DNA of 64,000 nt, taken from Escherichia coli. GTDB taxonomy: Bacteria; Pseudomonadota; Gammaproteobacteria; Enterobacterales; Enterobacteriaceae. Position numbers and translations under genes: made by a program. Positions 40,700 to 50,946 of the stretch are shown here, in pieces. Position 1 is the first letter of the stretch, and every line of letters begins with the position of its first letter. The stretch lies in NCBI RefSeq assembly GCF_050920415.1, contig NZ_CP169309.1; one strand, written 5' to 3'. The notes beneath the pieces are model-generated. The model was not told the origin of the DNA and searched no databases. It saw only the letters and a list, made by a program, of their open reading frames with translations.

Positions 40700-42364
40700 T
40701 TAAAACGTTTCCCAGTTCTCTCCGCTATCTGCCACTGCCACTTTGCGCGGCGCAGATGGCGTCACAGTTTTTACTACTGCCGATGCTTCGCGCTGGCGTT
40801 GCTGCTCTTGCTGAATCCGGAACACTGCCACAGCTTCGGTCAGGCGACTGGCCTGCTCCTCCAGCGCGGCGGCGGCGGCGGCAGATTCTTCCACCAGCGC
40901 GGCGTTTTGTTGGGTTACTCGGTCCATCTCAGCTACTGCTAAGCCAACCTGATCGATACCACGGCTCTGCTCATCAGAAGCCGAAGCAATTTCGCCCATA
41001 ATGTCCGTCACGCGGGTCACAGCGCTGACAATCTCTGCCATGGTTTCCCCGGCGCTTTCGACCAGCGTAGAGCCAACATCCACTTTGCCCACCGAGTCTT
41101 CAATCAGGCTTTTAATTTCGCGAGCCGCCTGAGCGCTACGCTGGGCCAGATTACGCACTTCTCCCGCAACCACCGCAAAACCGCGCCCTTGCTCACCTGC
41201 ACGCGCTGCTTCAACCGCCGCGTTCAAAGCCAGAATATTGGTCTGGAAGGCAATGCCGTCAATTACGCTGATAATATCGGCGATTTTCTGCGAGCTGGTG
41301 GAGATATCGCGCATGGTCTGCACCACGTTATCCACCACTTTGCCGCCACGTTGCGCCGTTTCGGAAGCACTTAACGCCAGATGGCTAGCCTGACGCGCAT
41401 TCTCGGCGTTCTGTTTCACCGTTGCGGTCAGTTGTTCCATGCTGGCTGCCGTCTCTTCCAGCGAAGCGGCCTGTTGCTCGGTGCGCGAAGAGAGATCGTT
41501 ATTGCCGGTGGCGATTTCGCTGGCACCGCTATAGATAGCATTGGCCCCGTTGCGCACATCACCGACGGTACGCATCAGCTCCCCCTGCATATGGCGCAAA
41601 CTCTCTGCCAGTTGCCCCATCTCATTAGAACCATCCACCTCAATCGGTTTCACCAGATCGCCACCTGCAATATGACGAATGCTGTCAATCAGGCGATTCA
41701 TTGGCGCTACCAACGAGGCTTTAATACCGAACCAGACGGCGAAGATGACCGCCAGTACGACGATCATCACGCCCACCAGAATCCACATCGCCTGGCTGTA
41801 GGAGGCATTATTATCGCTGACGGCGATATCATAGAGCCGATCGTTTTGCTCCATGTAAGCCACATACTGCTTCTCGAAACCGTCCTGATATCCCTGAGTC
41901 GGCTGATCAAAGAATTCGTTGATTTTGCCTGCACCTAACAGTTGGATCAGTTCCGCCAGCGCATTGTGATAAATATCGTAATTACGTTTGATCTCTGCCG
42001 CTGCGGCGGTGCTCTGACGCGGGTCACGCGGCAATGCTTCGTAATCCGCCCAGTTTTTTTCCGCCTGTTTCAGCGAAATACTGGCACTCTGCATCAGCTC
42101 GGCAACGGTTGAACCGCTACCAATATTGTTCTGATCCATCATGTAGCGGATCCCCGCGCGGTTGAGGGTGTTACGCGTCTGCAACAACGCGACCCAGCTG
42201 CCATTCAGCGTGGATTGCTGCTGGCGAATGGTTTGTAAAACAGTGAAATTTTCTTTGTCATTCTTTAAGGCATTAAAGAACAGACCGCCTGATGTCAGTT
42301 GTAAAAGGCCAAAAACGGCCAAAACCAGCAGTAAGCTGGTCACGATCTTGATACGTTTTAACAT
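40700..42364 (-). CDS. tsr: Methyl-accepting chemotaxis protein I (serine sensor)
   Basis: From [27 protein letters not shown]...; HAMP and conserved MCP signalling domain; C-terminal ...NWETF. Confidence 0.9.
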   Translation of the reverse strand: MLKRIKIVTSLLLVLAVFGLLQLTSGGLFFNALKNDKENFTVLQTIRQQQSTLNGSWVALLQTRNTLNRAGIRYMMDQNNIGSGSTVAELMQSASISLKQAEKNWADYEALPRDPRQSTAAAAEIKRNYDIYHNALAELIQLLGAGKINEFFDQPTQGYQDGFEKQYVAYMEQNDRLYDIAVSDNNASYSQAMWILVGVMIVVLAVIFAVWFGIKASLVAPMNRLIDSIRHIAGGDLVKPIEVDGSNEMGQLAESLRHMQGELMRTVGDVRNGANAIYSGASEIATGNNDLSSRTEQQAASLEETAASMEQLTATVKQNAENARQASHLALSASETAQRGGKVVDNVVQTMRDISTSSQKIADIISVIDGIAFQTNILALNAAVEAARAGEQGRGFAVVAGEVRNLAQRSAQAAREIKSLIEDSVGKVDVGSTLVESAGETMAEIVSAVTRVTDIMGEIASASDEQSRGIDQVGLAVAEMDRVTQQNAALVEESAAAAAALEEQASRLTEAVAVFRIQQEQQRQREASAVVKTVTPSAPRKVAVADSGENWETF

Positions 42365-42545
42365 GGTTTCTCTTTCCACTAGACAGATACACTGGTTGTC
42401 GGCCTGGTGGTGGAAAACTTTATGCTGTGGAAAAGCGTCGGCACTGCTTTTGTTGCAGCAAACTTGCGTTTTTTGTGAGGGTCACACTCTATAGCGGCAG
42501 TTTATGGTACAAAGTATCAATCTTCTTCGAACCAGTGATACTCCT

Positions 42546-43409
42546 ATGGCTTATAGCATCGATATCATCTCCTGCATTACCGAACGATTTATGGCGTTAA
42601 CAGCCACTGAAAAGCGTATCGCACAATTTATTCTTGATGACGTCTCTGCCGCAGTAGAGTTGCCAATTGCTGAGCTGGCACGGTTAACGCAAACCAGTCA
42701 GGCGTCGGTGACGCGTTTTGCCCGTGCACTGGGGTGCAAAGATGTCCGCGAGTTGAAAGTCAAACTGGCGCAGTCACTGGCTGTCGGGCAGCGGTTTATT
42801 CTCGATGTACCGGATCTTGACGGTGTTCAGGGGATCTACGAAGCGATTATTAGCGTGCTGGAAACGCATCGTCGTTCGCTGGATATGAATGCCATCAGCC
42901 AGGCTGTAAGCTGGTTAAGTCAGGCGCGGCAAATTCTTGCGTTAGGAACTGGCGGCGGTTCCACTATCTGTTCACAGGAGATTCAGTACCGTTTATTCCG
43001 TCTGGGGCTACCAGTGGTCAGTCAGAATGATGCCCTGATGATGAGAATGATGTGCTCGGCAGTGATGCCGCAGGATGTGGTGATTGTGCTGTCGCTGGGC
43101 GGTTATACACCGGAAATCATCGAAAGTGCGGCAATCGCCCGTCAGTATGGCGCGCGTGTTATTGCCATTACGCCAGCACAAACACCGCTGGCAGAACAGG
43201 TAGATCTGGTATTGCCGCTGCTGGTTCAGGAGAGTGATTACATCTTTAAACCCACGCCTTCCCGCTACGCGATGTTAGCCATGGTCGATGTACTGGCAAC
43301 GGAACTGGCAATGGCAAATAAAGCGCAGGCGAAAGATCGCCTGCGGCGGATAAAACTGGTGTTAGACAGCCACCGTGGGGGCGCTAACCGCCAGCCACTT
43401 GGCGATTAG
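42546..43409 (+). CDS. RpiR/MurR-family transcriptional regulator (HTH plus SIS domain)
   Basis: N-terminal HTH_6 (ELPIAELARLTQTSQASVTRFARALG) and SIS domain; first gene of island. Confidence 0.8.
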   Translation: MAYSIDIISCITERFMALTATEKRIAQFILDDVSAAVELPIAELARLTQTSQASVTRFARALGCKDVRELKVKLAQSLAVGQRFILDVPDLDGVQGIYEAIISVLETHRRSLDMNAISQAVSWLSQARQILALGTGGGSTICSQEIQYRLFRLGLPVVSQNDALMMRMMCSAVMPQDVVIVLSLGGYTPEIIESAAIARQYGARVIAITPAQTPLAEQVDLVLPLLVQESDYIFKPTPSRYAMLAMVDVLATELAMANKAQAKDRLRRIKLVLDSHRGGANRQPLGD

Positions 43410-43418
43410 CATTGTCGG

Positions 43419-44888
43419 TTATGCTTCTTCAGGTTTGGTGATCACGACACTCTGGTTTTCACGCTCATTGGTGATAATAGCCAAAGCTTCTTCCCGGCTG
43501 ACCTGACTTGCTGGCGTTACCAACGTCACCAGTACGCCAGCGACCAGGCTGCCCAGCACTGACGGAATACACGGGTTACCCCAGTAAGCCAGCCAGTCGG
43601 CATTCATCAGCACCACAATTGACATCACCATACCGCTCACTAACGCCGCCAGCGCGCCCTGCCAGTTAAAGCGTAGCCAGAAGCGACCGAGAATCGAGCA
43701 GATAAACAGCCCGGACATCAGCATCGAAATCATTTTGGTAATGTAGCTGATGATGTCATTAGAGGTCAGAGCAAAGACCAGCGCCAGGCCAATAACAAAG
43801 GTCAACATCCAGCGTGAGTAAGTAATGGCCTTGTCCTCCGGCGGCATTCTGCCGGTAATCATGGTGTAGACGTCGCGCATCATAATCGCCACTGCCGCAA
43901 TGGCATCAGAACTGGCAGAAGACATGGTGGCAGAAAGCCCGGCAATCAGCACCACCAGCCCAAGAATGGCAGGTAAGAAGCTGGTCGCGAACAAGAAGGC
44001 ATAGTTACTGTTTTCCAGATTCGGGTTCATGGTGAACGCCGCCATGCCGATAATGGCAGGCAGAATCGAGAAGAACAGATACAACACGCCAGTAATAACA
44101 AATGAACGCCGTACAGAGGGAACGTCTTTTCCCGAGTAAATACGCTGGCGATAAGATGGTGTGGCCAGTACGCCGACACCAATAACCAGCGCCAGCGAAA
44201 GCGCAGGCAGCACGCCCATTTTATCAATCGCAAACAGGCTCATCGCTTTTGGGTCCATCGCCTGCTCAATCGCACTCCAGCCACCAACGTGAACAACGGC
44301 AAGAATAGCCATTAATATAAAGCCAAAGAACAGAATTAGGGCCTGAATGGTATCGGTCCACACTACCGCCGAATAACCGCCGATAATAACGTAAATCGCA
44401 AAAGCTAAGGCAATAATTAATTTTGCCACCGTAAGATCAATACCTGTTGCCCAGGCAAGATACATACTTCCACCTAATATATGCGCCCCCAGCCAGCCAA
44501 TAGAGGCAATAAATATCATCATGCCGACAATGTTTTTAATTAAATGACTGCCGCCAGTATAATAAGATATTTCTTCACTCATGGTCATAAAACGTAATTT
44601 ACGTACCGGTGCAAACAGCCACGCCACCAGTAATATACCTACGGCCCCACCGACGCCATAAAGCATTCCGGCCCAGCCATTGCTGTAGCCAAAGCCCACT
44701 GCGCCCATACTGGAACCCGTGCCAACCATCGTGGCAACGGTTGACCCCAGCGTCAGAAACAGCGGCAGCGAACGCCCGCCCAGCAGAAAATCTTCTCCGC
44801 TTTTCTGATTACGAGAAACAAACCAACCAAGCCAAATCATGGCGATGGCATAAATAATAAAGCCGACTAAAAAGATATGACTGTTCAT
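43419..44888 (-). CDS. Sodium:solute symporter (SSS) family transporter
   Basis: 489 aa, about 13 TM, SSS-like N-terminal pattern (GGRSLPLFLTLGSTVATMVGTGSSMG). Confidence 0.8.
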   Translation of the reverse strand: MNSHIFLVGFIIYAIAMIWLGWFVSRNQKSGEDFLLGGRSLPLFLTLGSTVATMVGTGSSMGAVGFGYSNGWAGMLYGVGGAVGILLVAWLFAPVRKLRFMTMSEEISYYTGGSHLIKNIVGMMIFIASIGWLGAHILGGSMYLAWATGIDLTVAKLIIALAFAIYVIIGGYSAVVWTDTIQALILFFGFILMAILAVVHVGGWSAIEQAMDPKAMSLFAIDKMGVLPALSLALVIGVGVLATPSYRQRIYSGKDVPSVRRSFVITGVLYLFFSILPAIIGMAAFTMNPNLENSNYAFLFATSFLPAILGLVVLIAGLSATMSSASSDAIAAVAIMMRDVYTMITGRMPPEDKAITYSRWMLTFVIGLALVFALTSNDIISYITKMISMLMSGLFICSILGRFWLRFNWQGALAALVSGMVMSIVVLMNADWLAYWGNPCIPSVLGSLVAGVLVTLVTPASQVSREEALAIITNERENQSVVITKPEEA

Positions 44889-44990
44889 AATTCACATCCT
44901 GCCAGTAGAGAGAGAATAATGTAAGAGTTCCCGGAGTGCTGAATGTATTCAGCACTCAATTGCGGTCTGTTTTTTTAATTCTTAAATTTA

Positions 44991-45386
44991 TTAGCGGGTC
45001 GCGTTATAACAGGTCACATCGACTTCGACTTTACAATCGACAACCAGATCAGCCACACAACAAATACGTGCAGGCGGATTCTCGCCAAAAAATTCTCTGA
45101 ATACTTTATTAAATGACTGGAAATAGCGGGCGTCGGTCAGGATCACTTTCACGTGAACCACATCCGCCAGGCTATAACCGGCTTCAGTCATGATGTCGAC
45201 ACAGTTTTGGATCGCCAGTCGTGACTGTTCAACGATTCCGCCTTCTACCACTTCACCGTTTTTCATGGGTGTTTGCCCGGAGACGTACAGCCAGCCGCCC
45301 GCCTCAACCGCCCTGGCAAAAGGCAAATGCTGCCCGCCAGTGCCTGTTCCACCTTCCGTACCGTAACGTTTAATGCTCATATTCAC
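44991..45386 (-). CDS. RidA/YjgF-family protein (start uncertain)
   Basis: About 130 aa with Rid-family C-terminal pattern (ARICCVADLVVDCKVEVDV). Confidence 0.7.
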   Translation of the reverse strand: MNMSIKRYGTEGGTGTGGQHLPFARAVEAGGWLYVSGQTPMKNGEVVEGGIVEQSRLAIQNCVDIMTEAGYSLADVVHVKVILTDARYFQSFNKVFREFFGENPPARICCVADLVVDCKVEVDVTCYNATR

Positions 45387-45389
45387 TCC

Positions 45390-46841
45390 TTAATGTGAGG
45401 TCTGCCGGCGCAGGAAGCGTCCCGCACGGCCTGTAATATGTTTATCGCGACCATAGCTCATAACGCCGTTCACCATCACCGCCTCAATGCCATCTGCCGG
45501 GCGTTTGGGATCAGAAAAGCTGGCAACATCACGAATGGTTTGTGGATCGAACAACACCAGGTCCGCAAAATAGCCAACTTTCACCAGTCCACGCTGGGGC
45601 AGGCGAAAACGGCTGGCAGAAAGCCCGGTCATTTTGTGGATAGCCGTGGTCAGAGGGAATAAACCTTCATCACGGCAATAGTGACCCAGCACGCGAGGGA
45701 AGGCGCCCCATAAACGTGGATGCGGCATGGGATCATTGGGCAGGCCGTCAGAGCCAATCATACTGACTGGATAACTCAATACTCTGCGGACGTCGCGCTC
45801 GTCCATGTTGTAATAGATAGCCCCGGCAGGCATTAGCAGCTTCGCGGCCTCCAGCATACTCATCTGCCAGTCGATGGCGATTTGCGCCAGTGTTTTCCCG
45901 GCCTGCTGCGGATGTGTTTGTGACCAGGTGATCACAATATCGAATTCGTCGGTGACTTGTTTGAGATCCAGCGTTGAAGAGCTGGCTGAGTAAGGGTAGA
46001 CATCGCAGCCAATTTCCTGGTGTTGACGCATTTGGTCAAAAAAAGCCAACGTTTCTTTTGTCCGCCCCCAGTTTTTCGCCCCGGCGCATTTATGGTGGGA
46101 AACCACGACAGGCACTTTGCCATGACGCCCAATACGAAACGCCTCATCCAGGGCATCGAGAATCGGTTCAAATTCAGAACGCAGATGGGTGGTATAAACG
46201 CCCTTCTCACCGGCTAATTCTTCCGCCAGCGCCATGACTTCTTCGGTAGTCGCCTGAAATGCTGTGGCATAGGCCAGCCCGGAACTTAACCCCAGCGCCC
46301 CCTGACTCAACGCCAGACGTAAGTCGGCGCGCATGGCGGCAATTTCATCCGCCGTCGCCGGGCGAAACAGGTCGTCCATATGGTTATTACGCAGCGCCGT
46401 ATGACCAATCAGCGTGCCAACGTTCAGTGACGGCCTGGCTGCTTCCACTGCCTGGGCATAGCTTTCAACGGTAGGATAAATAAAGTGCTCCGCTTCCCCC
46501 AACAGATTCATCGGGTCAGGAACTTCGCCTTTCATTTTCGCCGACGCCGCACTGATCCCGCAGTTACCGACAATCACCGTGGTGATCCCCTGGCTGATTT
46601 TTGGCAGATATTCCGGGATGCGAATAACGTTGATATCGTCATGGGTATGAACGTCGATAAACCCTGGTGCCAGCACCCGCCCTTCCCCGTCAATGACCTG
46701 CTGCGCCGTAACGTTAAGCGCAGGGGCAATATCGACAATCCGATCACCTGTTATTGCCACGTCACCGCGAAATTCAGGGCCGCCGCTACCGTCGATAACG
46801 GTCACATTTTTGATTAACCAGTCAACCTGCATGTTCGTCAC
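45390..46841 (-). CDS. D-aminoacylase (N-acyl-D-amino-acid deacylase), amidohydrolase superfamily
   Basis: 483 aa; metal-binding HxH start (GFIDVHTHDD) and D-aminoacylase-like architecture. Confidence 0.75.
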   Translation of the reverse strand: MTNMQVDWLIKNVTVIDGSGGPEFRGDVAITGDRIVDIAPALNVTAQQVIDGEGRVLAPGFIDVHTHDDINVIRIPEYLPKISQGITTVIVGNCGISAASAKMKGEVPDPMNLLGEAEHFIYPTVESYAQAVEAARPSLNVGTLIGHTALRNNHMDDLFRPATADEIAAMRADLRLALSQGALGLSSGLAYATAFQATTEEVMALAEELAGEKGVYTTHLRSEFEPILDALDEAFRIGRHGKVPVVVSHHKCAGAKNWGRTKETLAFFDQMRQHQEIGCDVYPYSASSSTLDLKQVTDEFDIVITWSQTHPQQAGKTLAQIAIDWQMSMLEAAKLLMPAGAIYYNMDERDVRRVLSYPVSMIGSDGLPNDPMPHPRLWGAFPRVLGHYCRDEGLFPLTTAIHKMTGLSASRFRLPQRGLVKVGYFADLVLFDPQTIRDVASFSDPKRPADGIEAVMVNGVMSYGRDKHITGRAGRFLRRQTSH

Positions 46842-47032
46842 TCCATTTCTGCAATGGTGACAAGTTAACCATTTACAAGGATGAAAAACAGTGGAAAACT
46901 ACGCAAAACCCAGATGATTTTATGATACTTTTATTCATAAACTATAAGATAAATAAACTAAATATTTATATTTCATTTAGTTACAAATGATACTCACATC
47001 CGATACGGTGAAAAACTTAAAAGGTAAATGTT

Positions 47033-48253
47033 ATGAAATACCACTCAGAACCTCTGGTTCCCCATAAATCGGCCCTGATGCAAATGCCCGCAAATCTCCT
47101 TGCCGAAGATGTCTGTTTACCTGCCGCGATCATTAAAAAGCAGGCCCTGGAGAACAACATTACGTGGATGCAGCGTTATGCTGACGCGCGCGGCGTTTCG
47201 CTGGCACCGCACGGTAAAACCACCATGACGCCGTGGATTTTTCAGGCGCAGCAGGCGGCTGGTGCCTGGGCAATAGGTGTCGGTAGCGCATGGCAGGCTG
47301 GTGCGGCAATGGCGAGCGGTATTCAGCGAGTGCTGATGGTTAACCAGCTGGTCGGCAAGGCGAATATGCAGTTGATTGCCCGGTTGCAACAACATTACCC
47401 GACGGTCGATTTTATCTGCTGTATCGACAGCATTGAGAACGCCCGCGCTTTGTCTGCCTTTTTTGCCAGTCAGCAACAGACACTGAACGTGATGATTGAG
47501 CTGGGTGTTCCCGGCGGACGCTGTGGTTGCCGCTCAACGGATGCCGCACTGGCACTGGCTAAACAGGCGGCCCAATTACCAGGGCTACGTCTGCGCGGGC
47601 TTGAGTTATATGAAGGTGTTTTACACGGTGACGATCCACAACCGCAGGTAGAAGCTCTGCTGCGGGATGCCGCACAACTGGCCTGTGATATGGCAAGTCT
47701 GGTTGATGGCGAGTTTATTCTCACCGGAGCAGGCACGGTCTGGTATGACGTGGTGTGCAATATCTGGCTGGCGGCAGAAAAGCCTGATAACTGCCGCATT
47801 GTTATTCGCCCTGGCTGCTACATCACTCACGACACCGGGATCTACGACGCGGCACAACAACAGTTGCTTGCCCGCGATCCTGTGGCCTGCGATCTTGCAG
47901 GCGATCTCACATCTGCGCTGGAACTGGTCGCCATGGTGCAATCGGTGCCGGAAGCTGATCGTGCGGTGGTAAATTTTGGTAAGCGTGATTGCGCCTTCGA
48001 CGCCGGACTGCCGCAACCAGTCGCCCACTACCGCAACGGCAAATCACTGGCATTTGATCCACAGGCGATTCGCAGTACAGGTATTATGGATCAGCACTGC
48101 ATGTTGCAACTGTCAGCTAATAGCGACGTGCAAGTGGGGGATATTCTGGTGTTTGGCACATCGCATCCGTGCCTGACCTTCGACAAATGGAAAACGTTGT
48201 TATTGGCTGATGACGACTACAACGTACTGGCAGAGCTGGATACGCTGTTTTGA
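47033..48253 (+). CDS. PLP-dependent enzyme with alanine-racemase-like N-terminal domain (D-serine dehydratase-like / D-threonine aldolase-like)
   Basis: 406 aa; PLP-lysine context (APHGKTT) and fold-type III pattern. Confidence 0.65.
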   Translation: MKYHSEPLVPHKSALMQMPANLLAEDVCLPAAIIKKQALENNITWMQRYADARGVSLAPHGKTTMTPWIFQAQQAAGAWAIGVGSAWQAGAAMASGIQRVLMVNQLVGKANMQLIARLQQHYPTVDFICCIDSIENARALSAFFASQQQTLNVMIELGVPGGRCGCRSTDAALALAKQAAQLPGLRLRGLELYEGVLHGDDPQPQVEALLRDAAQLACDMASLVDGEFILTGAGTVWYDVVCNIWLAAEKPDNCRIVIRPGCYITHDTGIYDAAQQQLLARDPVACDLAGDLTSALELVAMVQSVPEADRAVVNFGKRDCAFDAGLPQPVAHYRNGKSLAFDPQAIRSTGIMDQHCMLQLSANSDVQVGDILVFGTSHPCLTFDKWKTLLLADDDYNVLAELDTLF

Positions 48254-48311
48254 TAGCGCAGATGGCGGGTTCCTTCCCGCCATTAATTGTATGTATATCC
48301 TTAAGTATCTA

Positions 48312-49322
48312 TCAGCTACTTATGGATCGAATATCATCATAGATTGACTGGCTGATCTCTACCCCCTGTTGCTCACTGCGCAATCGTGCCTGGTAGCGAC
48401 GTTCTCCCGGCAGGCGCGCGCCCTGAGCCTGCATCTGACTAAACAGCGTTTCCGCCCTTGCCAGATGCCTCCCTGCATCCTCACCAAGAAAACGCTGCGG
48501 ATCGAGTGCCAGGATCAACTCTCCACCATACGGCAAACCACCTGCACCGTTATCCCACGCAAGAGACTCAGCACTGGTCATATCGCCAATCAGTGGTCCC
48601 GCAATCAGCTCCACCATCGCTGCCAGTGCCGAACCTTTATGACCGCCGAAGGTTAACATTGCTCCGTCCAACACAGCTTGTGGATCGGTGGTGGCATTGC
48701 CATGGCTGTCGATCCCCCAACCTTCAGGAAGTGATTTCCCGGCTCGCTGATGTAACTGAATCTCCCCGCGTGCCGCCGCACTGGTCGCCATATCAAAAAT
48801 AAATGGCGGCAGCTTGTCGCGCGGCCAACCAAACGCGATTGGGTTAGTACCAAAAAGAGGTTTGCCCCCCCCTTTCGGCGCAACCCAGGCATGGCTTGGC
48901 GTGGTCGCCAGCGCCACCAGTCCGGCTTCAGTCAGCGGTTCAACATCCGCAAATAAGGCGGAGTAGTGAACACAATGATTAATTGCCAGTGCTGCAATCC
49001 CGCACTGACGCGTTTTCTCGATCAGTAACGGTAGTGCCTGCTGATAAGCCAACAGCGAATAGCCACCTTTGGCATCGGCCTTAACGATTGCCGGAGCCTG
49101 AGATTCCACTGTCGGCAGAGCATCGGCAGAGACTTTCCCTTTTCGCAGCGTGTCAACAATCCCCAGCAGTCGCCATAAACCGTGCGAGGCACAACCGTCG
49201 CGCTCCCCGGCGGTAACGTTTTTCGCGATCACCACTGCATGTTGCTCACTAAATCCGTTACTAATGAGCGCATGATAGGCTAGTGCGTAAGCCTCTGATA
49301 ACGAGAGGATTACTCTATCCAT
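48312..49322 (-). CDS. Ldh2-family (malate/L-lactate dehydrogenase 2-type) oxidoreductase; candidate pyrroline/piperideine-2-carboxylate reductase
   Basis: 336 aa with Ldh2-family pattern; function inferred from family and neighbours. Confidence 0.6.
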   Translation of the reverse strand: MDRVILSLSEAYALAYHALISNGFSEQHAVVIAKNVTAGERDGCASHGLWRLLGIVDTLRKGKVSADALPTVESQAPAIVKADAKGGYSLLAYQQALPLLIEKTRQCGIAALAINHCVHYSALFADVEPLTEAGLVALATTPSHAWVAPKGGGKPLFGTNPIAFGWPRDKLPPFIFDMATSAAARGEIQLHQRAGKSLPEGWGIDSHGNATTDPQAVLDGAMLTFGGHKGSALAAMVELIAGPLIGDMTSAESLAWDNGAGGLPYGGELILALDPQRFLGEDAGRHLARAETLFSQMQAQGARLPGERRYQARLRSEQQGVEISQSIYDDIRSISS

Positions 49323-49333
49323 TTTCTACTCCT

Positions 49334-50935
49334 TTATTCTTCTTCATCCCCGTTAAAGTTCGCCCGAGGAAGACAGGTGTATGCGCCCCAGTAATAAATT
49401 CCCAACGACATCAGCGCGACGACGATAGTATCCCACGGGTGCCCTATAATGCCGCTACCGCCAAAGCTACCCAGCCAGGAAAACAGCATAATCAGGGCAT
49501 AGAAGGCAATAAGCCACAATGAAGATTTAATCTGCTGCGCCAGGCTGACATGCTGAACAGGCACTTTCGACTTGCAACTCACGTAAACCACAAACATTAC
49601 GATTTGTAGCCCCAGCAGCCAGGAAAGCGTCCCCCAACCAGACCAAAAAACAATCAGTGCGGAAATCATAAAAGAGAGTGGGCCAAGCACCGCAAAACCA
49701 CGAACGCGGAACGGGCGCGGCATATCAGGTGCATTACGGCGCAGTCCTGCAGCTGTAACCGGCGCGATGGCGTAGCTCAGTACCAGAGCCGCAGAAACCA
49801 CGCTAATCAATTGCTCCCACGACGGGAACGGTAGCGTCCAGAAGATAGATAAACCAAACGTCAGCCACAGTGCCGGACGTGGAATACCTGACTCCTTATC
49901 GATATGAGTAAAGGTTTTAAAGAATGTCCCCGCCTTCGCCCAGCCATAGATCACACGCGGTGTCGCATTCATGTAAATATTGCCAGTGCCGCTGGGAGAC
50001 ACAATAGCATCACATACCACCATAAATGCCAGCCAGCCCATCCCGAGAGTAATGGCGATATCGCGATATGGCAGCGAATAGTTCTTACTGATCTCCGCCC
50101 AACCACCACTTAGCGATTCAGTTGGAATACTGCCCAAAAAGGCGACCTGCAACAGAACGTAGATGATGGTCGAGAGAATTACCGAGAGGATCAGCGCAAA
50201 TGGGATGGTACGTTGCGGATTTTGCGCCTCGCTGGCTACGGAGATAATCGGTGTCAGTCCAAGGTAAGCGAAGATAATCCCACCCGCGCTAATTGCCGCT
50301 TCCACTCCTGACATACCAAATGGAGCCATACCCTGTATATGCAGATTCTCCGGTTTGAAGAAGGCAAATAACGTTATTACCACCAGCAACGGCACCAGAA
50401 ACTTCAGCACGCTAATAAAATTGTTCGAGCGAGCGAAAGTTTTAACACTGTAGTAGTTCAGGGCAAAAAAGAAGCACAACAGTAAGAACTGCACCACCCA
50501 GCCTAACAGCGTCGGGTCACTACTCCCCGTCTGCGTCAGCGCAGGAAACCAGGCGGCGGCATATTGCCGTGCGGCTACAATCTCAATGGAGATCAGGCTG
50601 GAGAAGGCAATCAGGGTAATAAAACCCAGCAGATAGCCCATCAATTCGCCGTGCGAAAATACCGGGTAACGAATAATACCGCCCGCGCGGGGAAGCGCCG
50701 CCCCCAGTTCGCAGTAAATAATCCCCAGTAGCAGCACCGCAAAACCGCCAATAACCCAGGAAGCAATCCCTGCTGGGCCAGCGATCGATGCGACATGGCT
50801 GGCAGCAAACAGCCAGCCAGAACCGAAAATCGCCCCCAGACCAATAAAGGTCAAGTCGGTGAGCGTTAACTGCTTTTTAAACTTCCCCGACTCAACAACG
50901 ACGGTTTGCGTGCTTTGGGTAGAAGGAATTGTCAT
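49334..50935 (-). CDS. APC-family amino-acid permease
   Basis: From MTIPSTQSTQTVVVESG... with GAAGGG RBS; about 12 TM. Confidence 0.75.
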   Translation of the reverse strand: MTIPSTQSTQTVVVESGKFKKQLTLTDLTFIGLGAIFGSGWLFAASHVASIAGPAGIASWVIGGFAVLLLGIIYCELGAALPRAGGIIRYPVFSHGELMGYLLGFITLIAFSSLISIEIVAARQYAAAWFPALTQTGSSDPTLLGWVVQFLLLCFFFALNYYSVKTFARSNNFISVLKFLVPLLVVITLFAFFKPENLHIQGMAPFGMSGVEAAISAGGIIFAYLGLTPIISVASEAQNPQRTIPFALILSVILSTIIYVLLQVAFLGSIPTESLSGGWAEISKNYSLPYRDIAITLGMGWLAFMVVCDAIVSPSGTGNIYMNATPRVIYGWAKAGTFFKTFTHIDKESGIPRPALWLTFGLSIFWTLPFPSWEQLISVVSAALVLSYAIAPVTAAGLRRNAPDMPRPFRVRGFAVLGPLSFMISALIVFWSGWGTLSWLLGLQIVMFVVYVSCKSKVPVQHVSLAQQIKSSLWLIAFYALIMLFSWLGSFGGSGIIGHPWDTIVVALMSLGIYYWGAYTCLPRANFNGDEEE

Positions 50936-50946
50936 AGTGATGCCCT

